A program made the position numbers and the translations under genes. Source: Lama glama (taxonomy: Eukaryota). Taken from it: 64,000 nt of DNA. Under the pieces are notes generated by a model, which saw only the letters and a program-made list of their open reading frames with translations, had not been told where the DNA came from and ran no database searches. The DNA lies in assembly GCA_028534125.1 (NCBI GenBank), contig CM052829.1, positions 55,118,001-55,182,000 of the forward strand. Direction: 5' to 3'. Shown here in pieces: positions 12,320 through 26,464 of the stretch. Positions within the stretch are counted from its first letter, which is position 1. Each line of letters begins with the position of its first letter.

Positions 12320-14410
12320 TGTTTACTCAGTCATTCAACAAACATCCATTTAGCCCTAGCTATATTCTGGGTACTCTGCTAAGTGTTAGAGATAAAAACA
12401 CAAGGCAGACAAGATTCCACCTTGGAGGGGTTCCCAGTCTGGAAGAGGAAATAGATATGTACCCAAAGAATTACTAAGGAAGCTCATGCTCCAAAGAATT
12501 ATGGAAACCCAGGTGAATTGCTAAACTATGTGCCAGGAAGTGAATTAACCTAAGTTCCCCTCCAGGAATGACTTCCTCCTTCCTGAAACCTCTTCCTTGA
12601 ATTCCATGATATTGTGCATCTCTTCTGGTTCTGTTACTTCCATCATTCTTCTTCATCAGCCCCTCTTTTCCTTTCAGTTCCTTAAATGCAGGCAGTTCTC
12701 TAAGGTTCTACACTTGGTTTTCTTCACTCTTTACCTTCCTGTCTTCAATACATCTATCACCCAATGGCAGTGACTGTTAGAAGTGCACAGGTCCCACCCT
12801 GACCTCCCGTCTCAGTGTCAGACCTACCTGGAGGTCCTTGAACTCGACATGGCCCCTCCAAACTCACCATTTTTCTAACAATATGACTTCCTCAGCAGGA
12901 TCTCTCAAGTTTTCTTAATAGTACCACCATTTCCCTTCGAACCCAGGCTTTAAACTCGAACATCACATGGGACTCCCTCTTGTCACTCAACCTCACATCA
13001 AAATGACCACCATGTCCTCTTTGTTTTGGTCCTACAGGGCCTCTCAGACACTCCATACTCCCATGCGCATGCTTGCAGTGGTCTCTTAACTCCTACCCCT
13101 CTGGCTAAGTTCTTCTCCAGTGCATTCATATACACCGACAATCAGAATTTTCTTAAGCATTCTTCTATTTATATTTCTCCTGCTCAAAAGTGTTGATTGC
13201 TCTCCAGTGCCTACTAAATGAAGTTAGACCTCATCCTGGGTCTCAGGAACCTTTACAGAATGTCTCCAGATTTGTTTTTTAGTCTTTTTCCTCCAACACT
13301 GAGCATGAGATGGAGCTAGGTGGATGGTTGCTGGTCTCCAAGCAGATATCCCATTAGTCCCCTCAAGGCCTTTACACACACTATTCCTTCTGCCCGGAAG
13401 GCTCTCCCTGCCTGTCTCTGCCCAGTACACCCCCCCCCCATCCGTCAAGGCCAGTCTCCAACATTGCCACTTCCACACAACACTTCTTCCTGGTCCCCGA
13501 CTGCACTGGCCGATTCTTCCTTCCAACCTCCAAAGCTCCTTTTGTTTCCTCTCTCACTGCATGAATTCTGCTCTGCATCTACGTTATTCCCATATCCCTT
13601 TCTATCCCCTGCTTACCTCCTCTCAGATGGAAAGCTCCTTGAGGAAGTAGAATGTATCTTGTTCCGTCTTCATTATTTCCCTAGGACTTGCAGCAATACT
13701 CATTGAAGTAAGTAAAATGAGAAACCCCAGTCTTGCTGCTGCTTCAACTACTCTTTATTTATATAAATGGGCCTTGTTCGACAAGATTTTAAATATAATA
13801 GCTGGCCTCATTATTGAAAAGAAAAAAAGCAAAAAAAAATTAAAACAAAAAAAAAGCAATGCAGGGTCTGCTCTCACAATGTAAATTTTTACTACTTCAA
13901 TTTAATAGTGAAACAAACATTTTTCGAGTCACTGAGTCTATGTTTGTTCAGTGCTGGCATATAGATAATAAGACCTCATTTTTGCCCTCAAGAAACTCAT
14001 CATCACATGTGGGAGGCTGATAAATAAATACATTGCAATGCCAGATAAGAAGTACAAAACTAAAAACGTGGCCAAGATACAGAGCTTAGAGGCAATGACT
14101 TAATGTAAGGGAACGTGAGTATGGGAAGTCTTGCCATAGGTGAAGCCAGACAGCTGTTCTGGAAAGCGAAGAGGGGGAGACCAATCCATGTGGAGAGAGC
14201 AGCCTTTGCAAACGCACAGGAACATGAAATAAGACGGTGGTGCAGCAGAACTGGACCCGTTCAGTATTCCTGCCACATAAACATAGACGGAGAGCTTCCT
14301 AGTGCGATGGTAGTTAGAGAAGTCATCAGTAGCCACACTGCAAACAGCCTTCAGTATCTTGCTCTGGAGTTTGGATTTTTTTTCCTAGAGATGATAGGGT
14401 GCTGATAAAG
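12320..14410. mobile_element. Cluster of L2 fragments (- ~12320-12470, + ~12580-13710, - ~13900-14410)
   Basis: 'tcattcaacaaaca' tails, 'ggcctttacacacactattccttctgcc', 'aagctccttgagg', 'ggagtttggatttt'. Confidence 0.65.
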
Positions 14411-14699
14411 GAGCAAGTCTGACTTTCTTAAACTAAATTTTCTCATCATGGGTTCAGTTTTGACTTAAAAAAGTAAAATACCAGCGCTGACTAGAAAAAG
14501 GAAGTCAGGCCAAGAACTGGAGAAAAAGCGTTGCCTTTCACGGGTATTTATGCGTAAACCTACATTAGAACCTGCAGGGGGAGGTCCCATTTGTCATCAG
14601 CGCTGCCTTCTGGAGCAGCAGTGGCCGTATTGAGAGTTTATACGCACCAGGTAGTATTCTAGGCATTTTTAATGGATTACCTCATATAATCTGTCCAAC

Positions 14700-15200
14700 A
14701 GTCACATGGAGTCGCTGTACAGAGGCGGAACTGAGGCGCAGAGGGTCGAGCCGCTATCTAGGGTCCCCAGCCGGCGAGAGGCACCCCAGAGGGCCCCCAC
14801 AGGTCCAGCCCCTGTGTATCCCAGCCCCCGGCAGTGGCAGGAAAACTGTTGCGCAGATCTGCGCCTCTGTTTGTTTTCGTCTGTTTCGTGAGAGCAGCTC
14901 TGTTTCCGCGTTACTCCGCCCTCGGGGAGCCCGTTGTGCGCTGCGCGGCCTCACGCGGGGACGGCTGCTGCCACACGCCGTGCGCCTCGCTCTGGAACAG
15001 AACCGGGTTGTGATTCAAAACAAAAACACTCCGAGCAGCACTGGAAACTCCATTTACAAGTTAAGCACATGCCTTCTAAAAGGAGAGACGATTCCGGGAG
15101 GGGAGCAGCCTCTCATTGCCTATTCATGAGGGAGCCTGTCTCCCAGGGACGGTAGCATTTCCAACCAGGCTGTGCCCAGAACGGCAGCCGCAGTGCAAAC
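14700..15200. promoter_or_regulatory. Small CpG-rich island-like patch (candidate promoter/enhancer)
   Basis: Dense CpG at 14850-15010 against a CpG-depleted background. The left part overlaps a MIR. GC-box-like ctccgccc near 14914-14921. Confidence 0.45.
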
Positions 15201-18200
15201 AGCCTGTCCCTGGACTCAAAATCTTGCTGTAAACACATACAACACAGACCCCCCCAAAGCCCACTTTTCACCATCTCACTGCAGTGGGTCTAACGTTAAC
15301 ACCTGGGATCTTGAATTGTGAGCTTACGTGTCTGGGCACGTGTGTACTTCTACACAGGAATCCCATATGTACAGGCTGAGATATTAATGTAATAAGAAAG
15401 ATTCCAAAAACCACGTCTGACAATCTGCTGCATTACTTTGGAGTCACGAGTCACAGTGTGGGTGAGCAGACACACAGACACACACAGTGCTGCATAACAC
15501 ACAGCTATTTGCCGTCTCTATTTTGGAGTGTGGAGGTCTAGGGTAAAATCTCACGTCTCTTCCTTGTACCTTTCCTCACGCTGCCCCAATCTTTGTATCC
15601 TTGAAAAAACTCTGGGTGCCTCTGTGTTATCAGTGTACCTTTTCAAAGGAAAAAAATACATAACATATCCATTGAAACAGACTTGCTGTGGAAAGTGGAC
15701 ATGTGCATCTTTTGACAAAAGCCCTGCCTCTTTTTTCAAACTTGAAATTTTGCCTGCCTGAAGTTGTTGACTGACGGACAAGAATTCTAGCAGGACGAAA
15801 CTGTCTACATGGCCACTTCAGTGTCATCCTGTCCTGTCTGAACACGTGAAAAACCTGCACTCTCCTCTCCATGAAAGCGTCACAGACCCACTGCTTTCCG
15901 TTCCAGGCTCTGTACAAGTGTCAGGGCGAACTCAAGACACGTGCCATGTTTGAAGTCATAAATGCATTGAAGGTGGTTTTACAGGGCAAGGACAGACTTT
16001 GAACTGTGGGATTTTGATGCTAGATGAAGTTCTAGGACCTTTATGAAGGCAATCTGGAAGAAGGGTTCTAAAGCATGCTCAAGATGTTAATTAGAAAGCT
16101 ATTCCAGGTTACGAGAAGTGAGATGAGCAAAATTATACCATCTAGATTTGGAGACGACGAATGAAGCCAGGGAGTAGGACGGCAACTTGGACACCGATAA
16201 AAGGAGCGTGAGACCCTGCCAAGCTTTGAAGATGAGGAATGGCTAAATTCCATTAAGGACTGTGGGACTAGACTGAGATTTGCTAGAATAAAAAGTGTTC
16301 ATTGCCTGAGTATTTTAAGAAAATGAAAGTTGCCTTGTTGGACTAGACCAGAAAGAAGAAAGAGGAGGCGAGAGGTGGAGAAGGAGGAGGCTGTGATGAT
16401 CGGCACCGGAAAGGGGGTGATGTCAGGAGGAAAGCACCCCTGGGGACCTGAAAGCAGAGTCAGCTTTTCTAGGCTGATGCTCGCTGATGCTGGAAAGTGT
16501 TCATTTGAATGTCATTAAACGTGACCTAGTGGCAAGGATATAAGTAAGGCCTGATATGAGCGAGAGAAAAAGCCATAGTTATGGGGCTTAAGTGGCCCAG
16601 AGGGACCCAGTCACCTTGCACAGGGGCCCTTTTTCTGCCTCTGATCAGTTCAGTGACTCCACCACTGTCCTCTGAGGTATTGGCCACCACTGACAAGCTG
16701 GGCATCAGTGTAGACTCTTCACAGACACTGAATAACAGGAGGCCAGAAGGTATGTCTTCCACTTGAATTGGAGACTGGGGGGCAATGTTAGGGAAGGTAC
16801 AAGGGAGAGAGGTGAGATTTACCCCAGACCTCCACACCTCAAAATAGAGAAACCCATAGGCATGCATCACACAGCACTCTGTGTCTCCGCTTGAATTAGA
16901 TGAGGTAGATTCCAGGAGAACTAGTGACCCCCATGTAGAGACTGAAGGTGCTCCAGAACCTCTGAGGTCGAGAACACAGACTGTGTCAGGCAGTGTGTGT
17001 GCCCATAACCAGCCACAGCCACAGCAGGGCAGGGACCTGCTTCATTCCTCTCTATTAAAATGCCCGGCCTAATCCACAAAGGGCCCTCAAATGTGATGGT
17101 GATCAGATTTGTCACCACCCAGAATCAATTCTTGGTCATCTACTGGGGACCGGGAAATATATAGCTCAGATAAATTAAATCCGGAATAAATCTCAAGCCT
17201 TTTGTAAACCAGCGGTTATAAATAGTTGGCTGACAAAATCCTTTCCAGCACTATTTTGACAAAGGTGAGTTTCCTCCTGTTCTCCCCTTATTTTATTTCC
17301 TCCAAGATTTGCTAGTGAACTGGGCAAAAACTTAGGGTAGAAGAGGAAGCGAGCCTCTGAAAAGCCAAGTGCTAGCTCTCCCTGGAAATAGAACCTTTTC
17401 TTACAGCTTCCCTCCAGAAGTTGAAAACCAATTATGGCCATGTTTAAAGAGGGTCGGTTATGTTAAGAATGGAGTTAATCCATAGGAATGTACGAGCGAG
17501 CCCCAGAGGGTGTCAAGCATTTCAGAAACAGGCTGGCACTTGTGTCAGGGTTCTCTCTAGCACCTGAGCCAAGCTGACTTGTATGGAAGCTGATTTTCCA
17601 ATCCTTGGCCAGGGCCCATCTTGACACACAGCTGAGGCAGCAGAGTGGGTCCTTTTTTGTTGTTTTTTCAAGTTGTTAATGCAGTTTATATAACTTTAAA
17701 ATTTGTATATAATTTGAAACTTATAGAAAAGTTGCAAAAGCAAAATTCCCACACACCTTTACCCAAATTGGCTACTTATTAACATTTCACCCCCTTGGCT
17801 TTATTATCAATGTAATTTTATAGACATGATAATGTATAATGAAATGCTTTTACAGCAACTATAATTAATCAATATTTTTAAAATGGTTCAAACTCAAGTT
17901 AAAGGGAACACCACTTTGCTGCCAGGGTCAACAAGTCCAACTCTAACCACAGCCTTGAATTGGAAATCTCATTGGATTCAACCAAATCTGAAGCCCATAC
18001 GTAATTATGAGTGACAACCTATGTCATGATACCCAAAAGTTTCCAAAGTGACCACAGTGGGTCTTGGATCCTCCCCAGATTCTCCTGCATTTGTGTTCTT
18101 GGCTCAATATCAACAAGTCTCCCCAAGGTTTTATTTTTTTAACTAACGTGATTAGAATTCAAGGAGTGGCCCCTCCTGGGAAGGAAAAATGTGAGATCAG

Positions 18201-19129
18201 AAAACCATCAGGACTCGGAAAAGGTAGATCATGAACTGACAAGCCATGAAGTTGGTATTTTGGAACAGAGGCCTTAAATTCCACCATGTAGACAAGGTTA
18301 ACATGGCCCCAAGAGCTAGAACCGAAGGGAGAGAGAACTCTGCAAGAATAGGCATGTTATAAGAAGCTCACCCCACCGTTCTTCTCCATATCAAGATGAT
18401 GGGGGTTCCTTGGGGGCTGAGATGTGAGGGAGTTGGTGGCAGTGGGCAGGCACTGCCCCCGACCCACTCAGCTCCATGGGAGAGGTGCTGTCCCCCTCCG
18501 CTGGTCTGTTTGTGAAATCATTGCTGACATTTGGTCTCAAGGCGTATACGTATCAGATTTGGTGTGAAAATCATTTCGGAGTGATCAAGGACACACTCAG
18601 TCGACGGTGCTCTCTGTAACAGCTTTGTGTTGCCGGGTGTCAAACTATATTTCCTGCCTACTTCAACACCAAACACCACGTACTTCCACCGAATTCCAAT
18701 TATTTCATTTTGAAGGATGCCACCCAGGGGTAGGTACATAGGGAACCTAACTTTGAAGTTAGGACTTCTCTAAACCATGCTGGTTTAAAATCCCAGAGAA
18801 TTCGTTTTTACAGCAAACCTCCTAGGGAGTTTTTACACAAGGAAATGAAAACCTAAAATTACAGTATAAAGTATTCAGCTGATTTCCCTGGGGGGTTTTG
18901 GTTGGGAAGAAATGTACTACTGTGAAAATTTCATCTCTCACAGTCTCATAAGATTCATCTCTTTCACTCCTAAACCCACATAGGTTATTCAGAAACCTCA
19001 GATTGGGGGCATCTTATTTGCTGTTTATTATTTAGGAATAATACATTTTATTAAATTCTTTATCCATGTTTTTAAAAATTATTTGTTTCAAATATGTGTT
19101 CATAAGCTTTTTTTACTTTGATCTGAATT

Positions 19130-20050
19130 TTAGCTTAACTATTATAAATGGATAACATGTGTCCTTGGTACAAAATTCGAAAAGTATGAAATGATGTATA
19201 GGGAAAAGTGAGTCTCTCTACACCTCTGTCCTCCAATCACCCAGTCTTGGATGCTACTATGTTTTAGCTGTGCTTCTGGATACATTCCAGGCACATTTGG
19301 CAAGTAGATTTTTTAACACAAATGGTCAACTATTATACAAGGTGTTCTGTACCTTGTTTTTTTCATTTAACAATATACCTTAGAGAGCATTCCATATCAG
19401 TGCGTGCTTTTTAACTGCTACAGATCATTCCATTGTATGACTATTCCAAAATGTATTTAATTATTCCTTTATTGGTAAAAACAAAACAACCTAAAAATAC
19501 TAATGCTAATACAAATGATACTGGAATCACTTCACAGAAGTTGAGTGTAACTGTAGGATGAATATTTAGAAGTCAATTGCTAGGTCAAAGGGTGTGTTTG
19601 GTTTTTAATTTTCATAAATACTGCAGATTGCTTTCCACGAAGGTTGTAAAAACATGAACAACATACGATAGGGCCTGTTATCCACCCCTTGACCACAGAG
19701 TGTATTATCAATTTTTTTTAAAATATTTGTCAATGTGATAAGTGGAAAATAATATCCCATTGTAATTTTAAAAACTTTTTCCTTACCATAAGTGAGGCTG
19801 AACTCTTCTCATATACTGTAGAGCGATTTGTACTTCATTTCCAGGCAACTGTCTTCATACCCTTTGCTGGTTTTCTAATGGGCTTGGGTCTTTCTTTTAC
19901 TGATTAACTAGCTCTTTATATCAGGAAAATCATGCTTTCACTGAGATAGGCTTTTAAAATGTTCTTCCAGGTTCTTATCTGCCTTTTTTTCTTCTGTAAA
20001 AAACAACTTCCATTGGTTTTTGCCGTATACAAATGTTTGAGTTTTCAATA
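19130..20050 (-). mobile_element. Old L1 (L1ME/L1MD-like) 3' fragment
   Basis: 'tttttcatttaacaatata', 'attccattgtatg', 'aattgctaggtcaaaggg', 'ataagtgaggctgaac'. Confidence 0.75.
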
Positions 20051-20165
20051 GAACTTTGGAATTATCTTAAATGCTTCAGAAGTTACTTACCAAATAATTT
20101 TTAAATATCACAGAATTAATGCCTATCCTCTTAGACCAAGGAGACTTGAAACTTTACATTAGACC

Positions 20166-20679
20166 TGTATTAGTTTTCTTTGCTGCTTAGCAAATAACCA
20201 CAAACTTAGCAGTTTTAAACAATATCCATTTATTATCTCAAATTTTCTCCGGGTCAGCAGTCTGAATGCAGCTTGGCTGGGCCCTCTGCGCTGGGTCTCA
20301 CCAGGCTGCAGGTAAGCTGTTGGCCAGGGCTGGGGTCTCCTTGGGAAGCACAAGTGGGGAAGCATCTTGCCTCCAACCTCACTCAGATTTTTGGGAAAGT
20401 TAGTTATTTCCTTGAGGCTGTAGGATTCATGACAACTATCTTCTTCAAAGCCAACAATGGAAAGAGAGACTCTAGGGCCAGAATCTTGGTAAAATGAAGT
20501 GTTTTAAAATGTAACATAATCATGGAAGTAGCATCTCATCACCTTTGTCATATTCTGTTTGTTAGAAGAAGCCACAGGTCCTGCCCACACGTAGGGTGCG
20601 CGGGGAGGACTTGCACAAGGGCATGAACACCAGAGGGCAGGGATCCCTGGGGCTTTCTTTAGGGTCTGTCTGCCCCATG
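20166..20679 (-). mobile_element. MLT1F-like (ERVL-MaLR) solo LTR
   Basis: 'tgtattagttttct...aaccacaaacttagcagttttaaacaa', 'catcacctttgtcatattctg', 'acaagggcatgaacaccaga'. Confidence 0.85.
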
Positions 20680-21524
20680 CATAGTATAACGTTCTAAGGA
20701 AGGTGTAGATATTAAATCGTCAGGGCGTATTTCTGTAAGAACATAAAGTGTAGAAGGAAAAATGGAGATAACTTTAATATCAGACATAACATGGAAACTT
20801 CTACCGAAAGTGGTATGAGAGTTTAGAGAGGGAGGAAGGAATCCGAGAAGTCTTCTTGAAGAAGGTAGCATATGAGATGAGCTTTTTATTGGTTGTTGCT
20901 GTCACTACTACTTTTATTATTTAAAAGTTAGCATTTACTGAGTGCTGAGTCTGTCCCAGGCAAGACGCTGTGCACTTGGGAGTTCTGACTTTTGTCCCAG
21001 CCCTGTTTTTAATCTATTTTAGATATTACACTTTCATGTAAGGCTCTGATTTTATTAAAGAGTTTTTATGGCTGAAAGACAGATATGAAATCACTGGTTG
21101 GGATTGGGGAGGGATTTTGCAGGAGGTCAATTCAAGGTCAGAGCTAAAATTTCAAACTGAGTTCAAAAGCTACAAAAACTGGAGCCGAGCAGATAGGACC
21201 AGAGTCCCACACAATGACAGTCATATCACAGGGCACTGCAACTGGAGGGCAGAAATTCTGTCCTTTATCTAACCCTGGCCTACACTGGGTCATGGGGGAA
21301 ATGGGTTCTCCAAAAGTTAGGGGACCAGGAGCAGAATGGAACCAATGCCAAGCCCCTGAGCCTTAGCTCTTAGCCTGGGGCAGAGGGCACAGACTGATTC
21401 CAGAGTCTAATACTAAACCTGGTGGTGACAGGAGTGGAAGAGGGTAGAAAAAAGATAAGGGACATCACCTGTGAAGATTAAGAGACTCAGTGGCTGTTTG
21501 TATAAGTAAAGGGTGGTGAGTTTA

Positions 21525-21830
21525 GCTGTGCTGGGTGAAATAAGTCAGACAGAGAAAGATAAATAGTGTATGATCTCACTTAAATGTGAAATCTAAAAAC
21601 ATCAATCTGATGGAAACAGAATAGACTGGTAGTTTCCAGGGGCTGAGGGATGGGGGGTGGAGATAGGGGGTAGAGAGAAGATGTTGATCATAGGGTACAA
21701 ACTTAATCACCTAACATGTTAAGATAATCTGGAAGATATTTTTTAAAGTCACAAAATTTCTAGATGAAAATTATGTCTGAGATGAAAAATACACTGGATA
21801 AGGTTAACGGCAGATTAGCCATTACAGACA
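21525..21830 (+). mobile_element. Old L1 fragments (3' UTR piece followed by an ORF1-like piece)
   Basis: 'gtgaaataagtcagacagagaaagataaata...tatgatctcactta' and 'gaaaaatacactggat...aacggcagattag'. Confidence 0.65.
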
Positions 21831-21833
21831 CTC

Positions 21834-22530
21834 GTCGATTTACAATGTTGTGTTAGTCTCTGTTGTACAGCATGGTAATTCAGTTATACACACACACATA
21901 TATATATTCTTTTTCATAACAGGCTACTACAAGATACTGAATATAGCTCCCTGTGCTCTACAGTAGGACCTTATTGTTTATCTATTTTATATATAGTAGT
22001 TAGTGTCTGCAAATCCCAAACTCCTAATTTATCCCTCCCCTCTGGTAACCATAAGTTTGTTTTCTGTCATGGGTCTGTTTCTGTTTTGTAAATAANNNNN
22101 NNNNNNNNNNNNNNNNNNNNNNNNNNNNNNNNNNNNNNNNNNNNNNNNNNNNNNNNNNNNNNNNNNNNNNNNNNNNNNNNNNNNNNNNNNNNNNNNNNNN
22201 NNNNNNNNNNNNNNNNNNNNNNNNNNNNNNNNNNNNNNNNNNNNNNNNNNNNNNNNNNNNNNNNNNNNNNNNNNNNNNNNNNNNNNNNNNNNNNNNNNNN
22301 NNNNNNNNNNNNNNNNNNNNNNNNNNNNNNNNNNNNNNNNNNNNNNNNNNNNNNNNNNNNNNNNAATCTTTTCAAATTAGAGTTTTGTCCAGATACATGC
22401 CTAGGAGTGGGATTGCTGGATCATAACAGTAACTCTATTTTCAGTTTTTTAAGGAATCTCCGTACTATTTTCCATAGTGGCTACACCAAATTACATTCCC
22501 ACCAACAGTGTAGGAGGGTTCCCTTTTCTC
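21834..22530 (-). mobile_element. Younger artiodactyl/camelid L1 3' fragment spanning an assembly gap
   Basis: 'tttacaatgttgtgttagt...ccctgtgctctacagtagga', and after the gap 'ggagtgggattgctggatcata...ttacattcccaccaacagtgtaggagggttccc'. Confidence 0.85.
22096..22364. other. Assembly gap (269 N)
   Basis: Run of N. Confidence 1.
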
Positions 22531-25514
22531 AAAAAATTAACTCTAAATAGTGGAGTCTTATGTTTCCCGGAAGCCCTGTGACAGCAAGGTCCATCCAGAG
22601 ATAAGAGCACTTTTCTGGCGTACATCATATCCCCCCAGCTGAGAGCCCACCACTTGTGTCTCTACCTCAGCCCACTGCAGGATGCTCACTGCCCATGTTG
22701 TGAATCTGAGCAGGTGTCAATGTTCATCTCCTCATTTGGATCAACAGAGCTCACCACTGTCCTCAGAGGTGCCATCCTAGGGCTCTGATCCACTCAGACC
22801 CCTCAAAGCCCTAAGCCTAAGAGCCACCTGCCTCTCAGTAAGTCTGCTGCTGCAGATTCAAGCAGTAATAAGCACACATGCTAATTCAGTTTCGAAACCT
22901 CCTGGGTGAAATCTTAACTCTTTCAAGGATATGTAAACCCAGACTGAAATGCTCATTAAAAACATTTCAAAGCTGTTAATCACAGTGGCTTTTAAAAGGC
23001 AGCAGAACCACAGCACCAGCTGAAGAGAACCCAAAGTTTCTCAGTGTTATTTATTCCTCCAGTGCCTAAGCCCTCTTGAGAAAGAAACTATATCCAGAAG
23101 GATTAGAAGATTTTGCCTGAAAATCTGTTAACCCAGTATTGGCAGGAGTGGGTTAGACCCTTAGCCACCTTATTATTTTTTAAGTTTGTCATTAGGAAGG
23201 TTGTCAGCTTTCTGGCTTAGTGGTGTGTCCTTATCCTATAGGAAAGCAAAGCTAATTTATCACACAGCCAATTTCCATCTGGGTCCTAGGGCCCAAGACC
23301 ACAGGGACCCTTTTGCTCACCATTCTTCCTATAATCCTTTACTGAGTATCTGCTTTAGGGAAATACTTTCTAGCGCAAGCCCAGCCCGTCCAGAGTATAG
23401 TAACCATCCCCCCCATGGCCCCGTTCTCAAATCCCTTTTGGGGAAAGGTGGTGAGAAGCCATGTTTACGTGTGTGACATACCCCCCAGGAACTTCTGATT
23501 CAAGCAGGATGAACACCCAAACCCAACCTGACCCTTCTCAGGGCCAACTGGTGCCTAACCACATTCTCTTCCTTGAAAGTTATCATCGGCAGGGGCTGTA
23601 TTTAGCTGGACCTGTGGAAAATACATTGACATGGGCTGTTGGCCATTTGGGGCCATGTGTAAACAGAGAGCAAGAGGGATAGGAGATTGTAAAAGTGGAA
23701 GGGGGATCATACAGCTTGTAAGAGGCCGAGAGCACCGTTTCTGAGCACAGAGAGTGCTAAGGTACTGCTCTTAGGAACTCTAGCTGTCCTCAGGGACATC
23801 AACTGTTGGTTTGTGAGCTTAAGGGGGTTCCTGTGGATCAAACAAGTTCTAATTAAAACTAATAAAGCTTATGACTCAATGTGTCTAGCCTACGCTATGT
23901 CTGGAACTAAGAGGTCCACGGTTCCCTGTTTCCCATATGTAATACGAGTCCCAGTTTAGACCTCCTCCCTATTTAGCCTAGTATGCCGAGATGTGTCTGG
24001 CGGGACCAACCTACTATGTACGCATTTGCATAAGGAGCCTTGTTGCCTCCTGGGAAAGAATTCATCCTAAGGTAAAAGAGAATTAAGGCGTATATGTTTG
24101 GTTTAAAAACAATGCCCAGTACAGTGGAGAGGCGGAGCATTTTAGTACAGTAGTGTGTTACTACTACCGTAAGGGATGCCAAACCCATGCCGAGTCTTCT
24201 GATGAGGGAACTGAAATGAAGGCCTGCTTTCAAAAACAAACAAAAAGCAAGCAAGCAAACAACAGCAATGGAAAAAAAAAAAACCTCTCTGATGTGGGGG
24301 TACAAAAACCTCACTATTTTGTTTTCCAAGTAATGGGGTAATTCCTGCACTAGAGAAAGAGATTCTTCCCAGCTCTTCAGCACAAAATCTGGTACAGCAT
24401 AGGAGGGTCACGTTTAGCCACAGCAGTTAGAGCCCCCTGGACAGATATCTGTGGCCACAGCTTGGGGACTGTGGCCCTGTGACCGCATGGGCAGACATCT
24501 CCAGTGGTGGCAGGCTTTAGCAACATGGTAGCTGTAAGAACTGGGTCCATGATCGCACATGATAGCCCCAGAAACTCTCAGATGGAGGAGAGGAGTTGAA
24601 GGAGGGAGATTCAAAAATATTCTGAAAATCCCATATTGGCTGGTGGGCACTGCAGATAGAAGAATGCTGGTTTTATTGCTGTTGTGACAAACCCTCCTCT
24701 TTTGCACTTTTGTTTTTTAGCTCTAGGCTGTGCATCCAAAGAAGCAAGGTGTCTATGTAGGAAGCAAAATTTCCTTTTAATGGTGCACCCATCTTTTGAG
24801 TTTCCATTCCACTTCTGTTTCCTTGTATTTGATGGACAAGGACACCCTGACTCTTGATCATACTGTAAACGTTCCCATCCTTTACCCCATCACACTTTCT
24901 CTTTGAGGACTGATGTTTTCTAATTTTTTGTCTCCATATTAAAAAGAAATTTTATTGCCATAATGGAAAATTGTGATGACCTAACTAGTCAAACCCCTCG
25001 TAAAACTGGGGTTTCATTAGCACCCTCAAAGTCTCTGCCTCTTGAAGGTAGAGGTGCGTCTGTCCTAAGATAGCTGCACGACAGAGAAAAACTTCCATTA
25101 AACTTAAAACTGGAATCTAAAGTAAATAAGACACTCAGGAGCATTGGCAATGACATAAATGTCTACCTTAGCTCAGACCACAGGTCAGCAAAGCGCTGAG
25201 GCCCCTGCTCTCAGCAGGCTGGGTCTTCCTTGCTATGCTAAGCACAGGAGGGTGCCAATGTGAAATCTGAATAATGCTTTGAAGGAATGTAGCTCATTCT
25301 GGGAAGATGAAAGCACTTTGCAGACAGCATTATCTCTTTAATTCACACACATCCCCTATGCAAGCAGAAGATAGGAAGTAGGTATTTATTCTGAGTTTCT
25401 GACTCCATGAGTGTTGAATGATTTGCATATTTATGGGAGCAGAAGGACCCCTGGAAAATGAACGCAGTGAAAGGAGGAAGACTTAGGAGGTTAGCCACCA
25501 CTAAGGCCACGTGA

Positions 25515-25533
25515 TGGCCAGTAGATGACGCTG
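25515..25533 (+). promoter_or_regulatory. Candidate CTCF site (forward)
   Basis: TGGCCAGTAGATGACGCTG, one mismatch to CCASYAGRKGGCRS. CACGTG E-box adjacent at 25508-25513. Confidence 0.45.
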
Positions 25534-26464
25534 TTTGTCTACCCTGGGGCAAGGGCACAGAGGAGACAGCGCATGCGCTTATTCATGAAAATGCAGAGTC
25601 CAGTTTGCCTTAAGTGATGGGTGTGTGTAGAGAAGTCATCACAATAGAACGGGAAGAAATTAAAGGATCAAAGGAGAGAAGGTAGGAGAAAAAAGTAATG
25701 ACCAGAAAAGGGGCAACGGGGTCAGAATACATAGAGCTCTATACACACTATGAGCAAAGAGTTTGGACTTAATTTGGTAACACGTGGGGAGTTGCTGATG
25801 GGTTTACAACAGGGCTTGATGTATCAGAACCAACCATAGGAAAACTAACCTGGAAAGAGTGAGTAGAGTTTGGAAGAGAAAGACTACAGTCATCTAGACC
25901 AGGCTTTGATCTTGAGATGACCTTGGCTCCTGAGGTACTGATAAATCACTGACTCTCTGGAAGTACTGAATCTTTAGTACATGAGCCTCTTCACAGAGGG
26001 AGGGGTGGCAAGTGTCAGGGCCAGTTCTGTGTGCATCGGGGCCTCTACCTCATCACTGTCTCAGGTGGGGCTGCCCCAGGTGGCTGAAGTTCTGGTCCTC
26101 AAATCTCTAGCTACTTGGCTACTCTCTGGACAGCCAACCTATGAAGTCTGGCAGCCTAGCTGACCTGGCTTTGCCCGCCCTTAACTCTTTGTTCATCACT
26201 TTCCCTCGTTCCCCCCTTGCTAACTAATCACTTCCTAGTAGAGACACAATAGCCCCAATGATGAAACTTAAGTCAGCAAATATGTATGACGCACCCCATG
26301 TACCAGGCATCATGCTCCAGATACGGGCAAAATCACAGTGAGCAAGTCCCAAATGCCCTACTCTTGCCCACCCATGTTCTTGTGGATTTGGTGCACACCA
26401 CAGACCTGTAATGAAAGTTGTTTGAACGTATTAACGCTGAAAAGACTTCATTCAGCAGACCTAA

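Noticed and set aside
14851-14864. Perfect 14-bp palindrome GCGCAGATCTGCGC
   Set aside because: A few 14-bp palindromes are expected by chance in 64 kb, and it is not a canonical NRF1 site.
22067-22375. ORFs containing X runs (also 40217-40557 and 63467-63910)
   Set aside because: Artefacts of N gaps.
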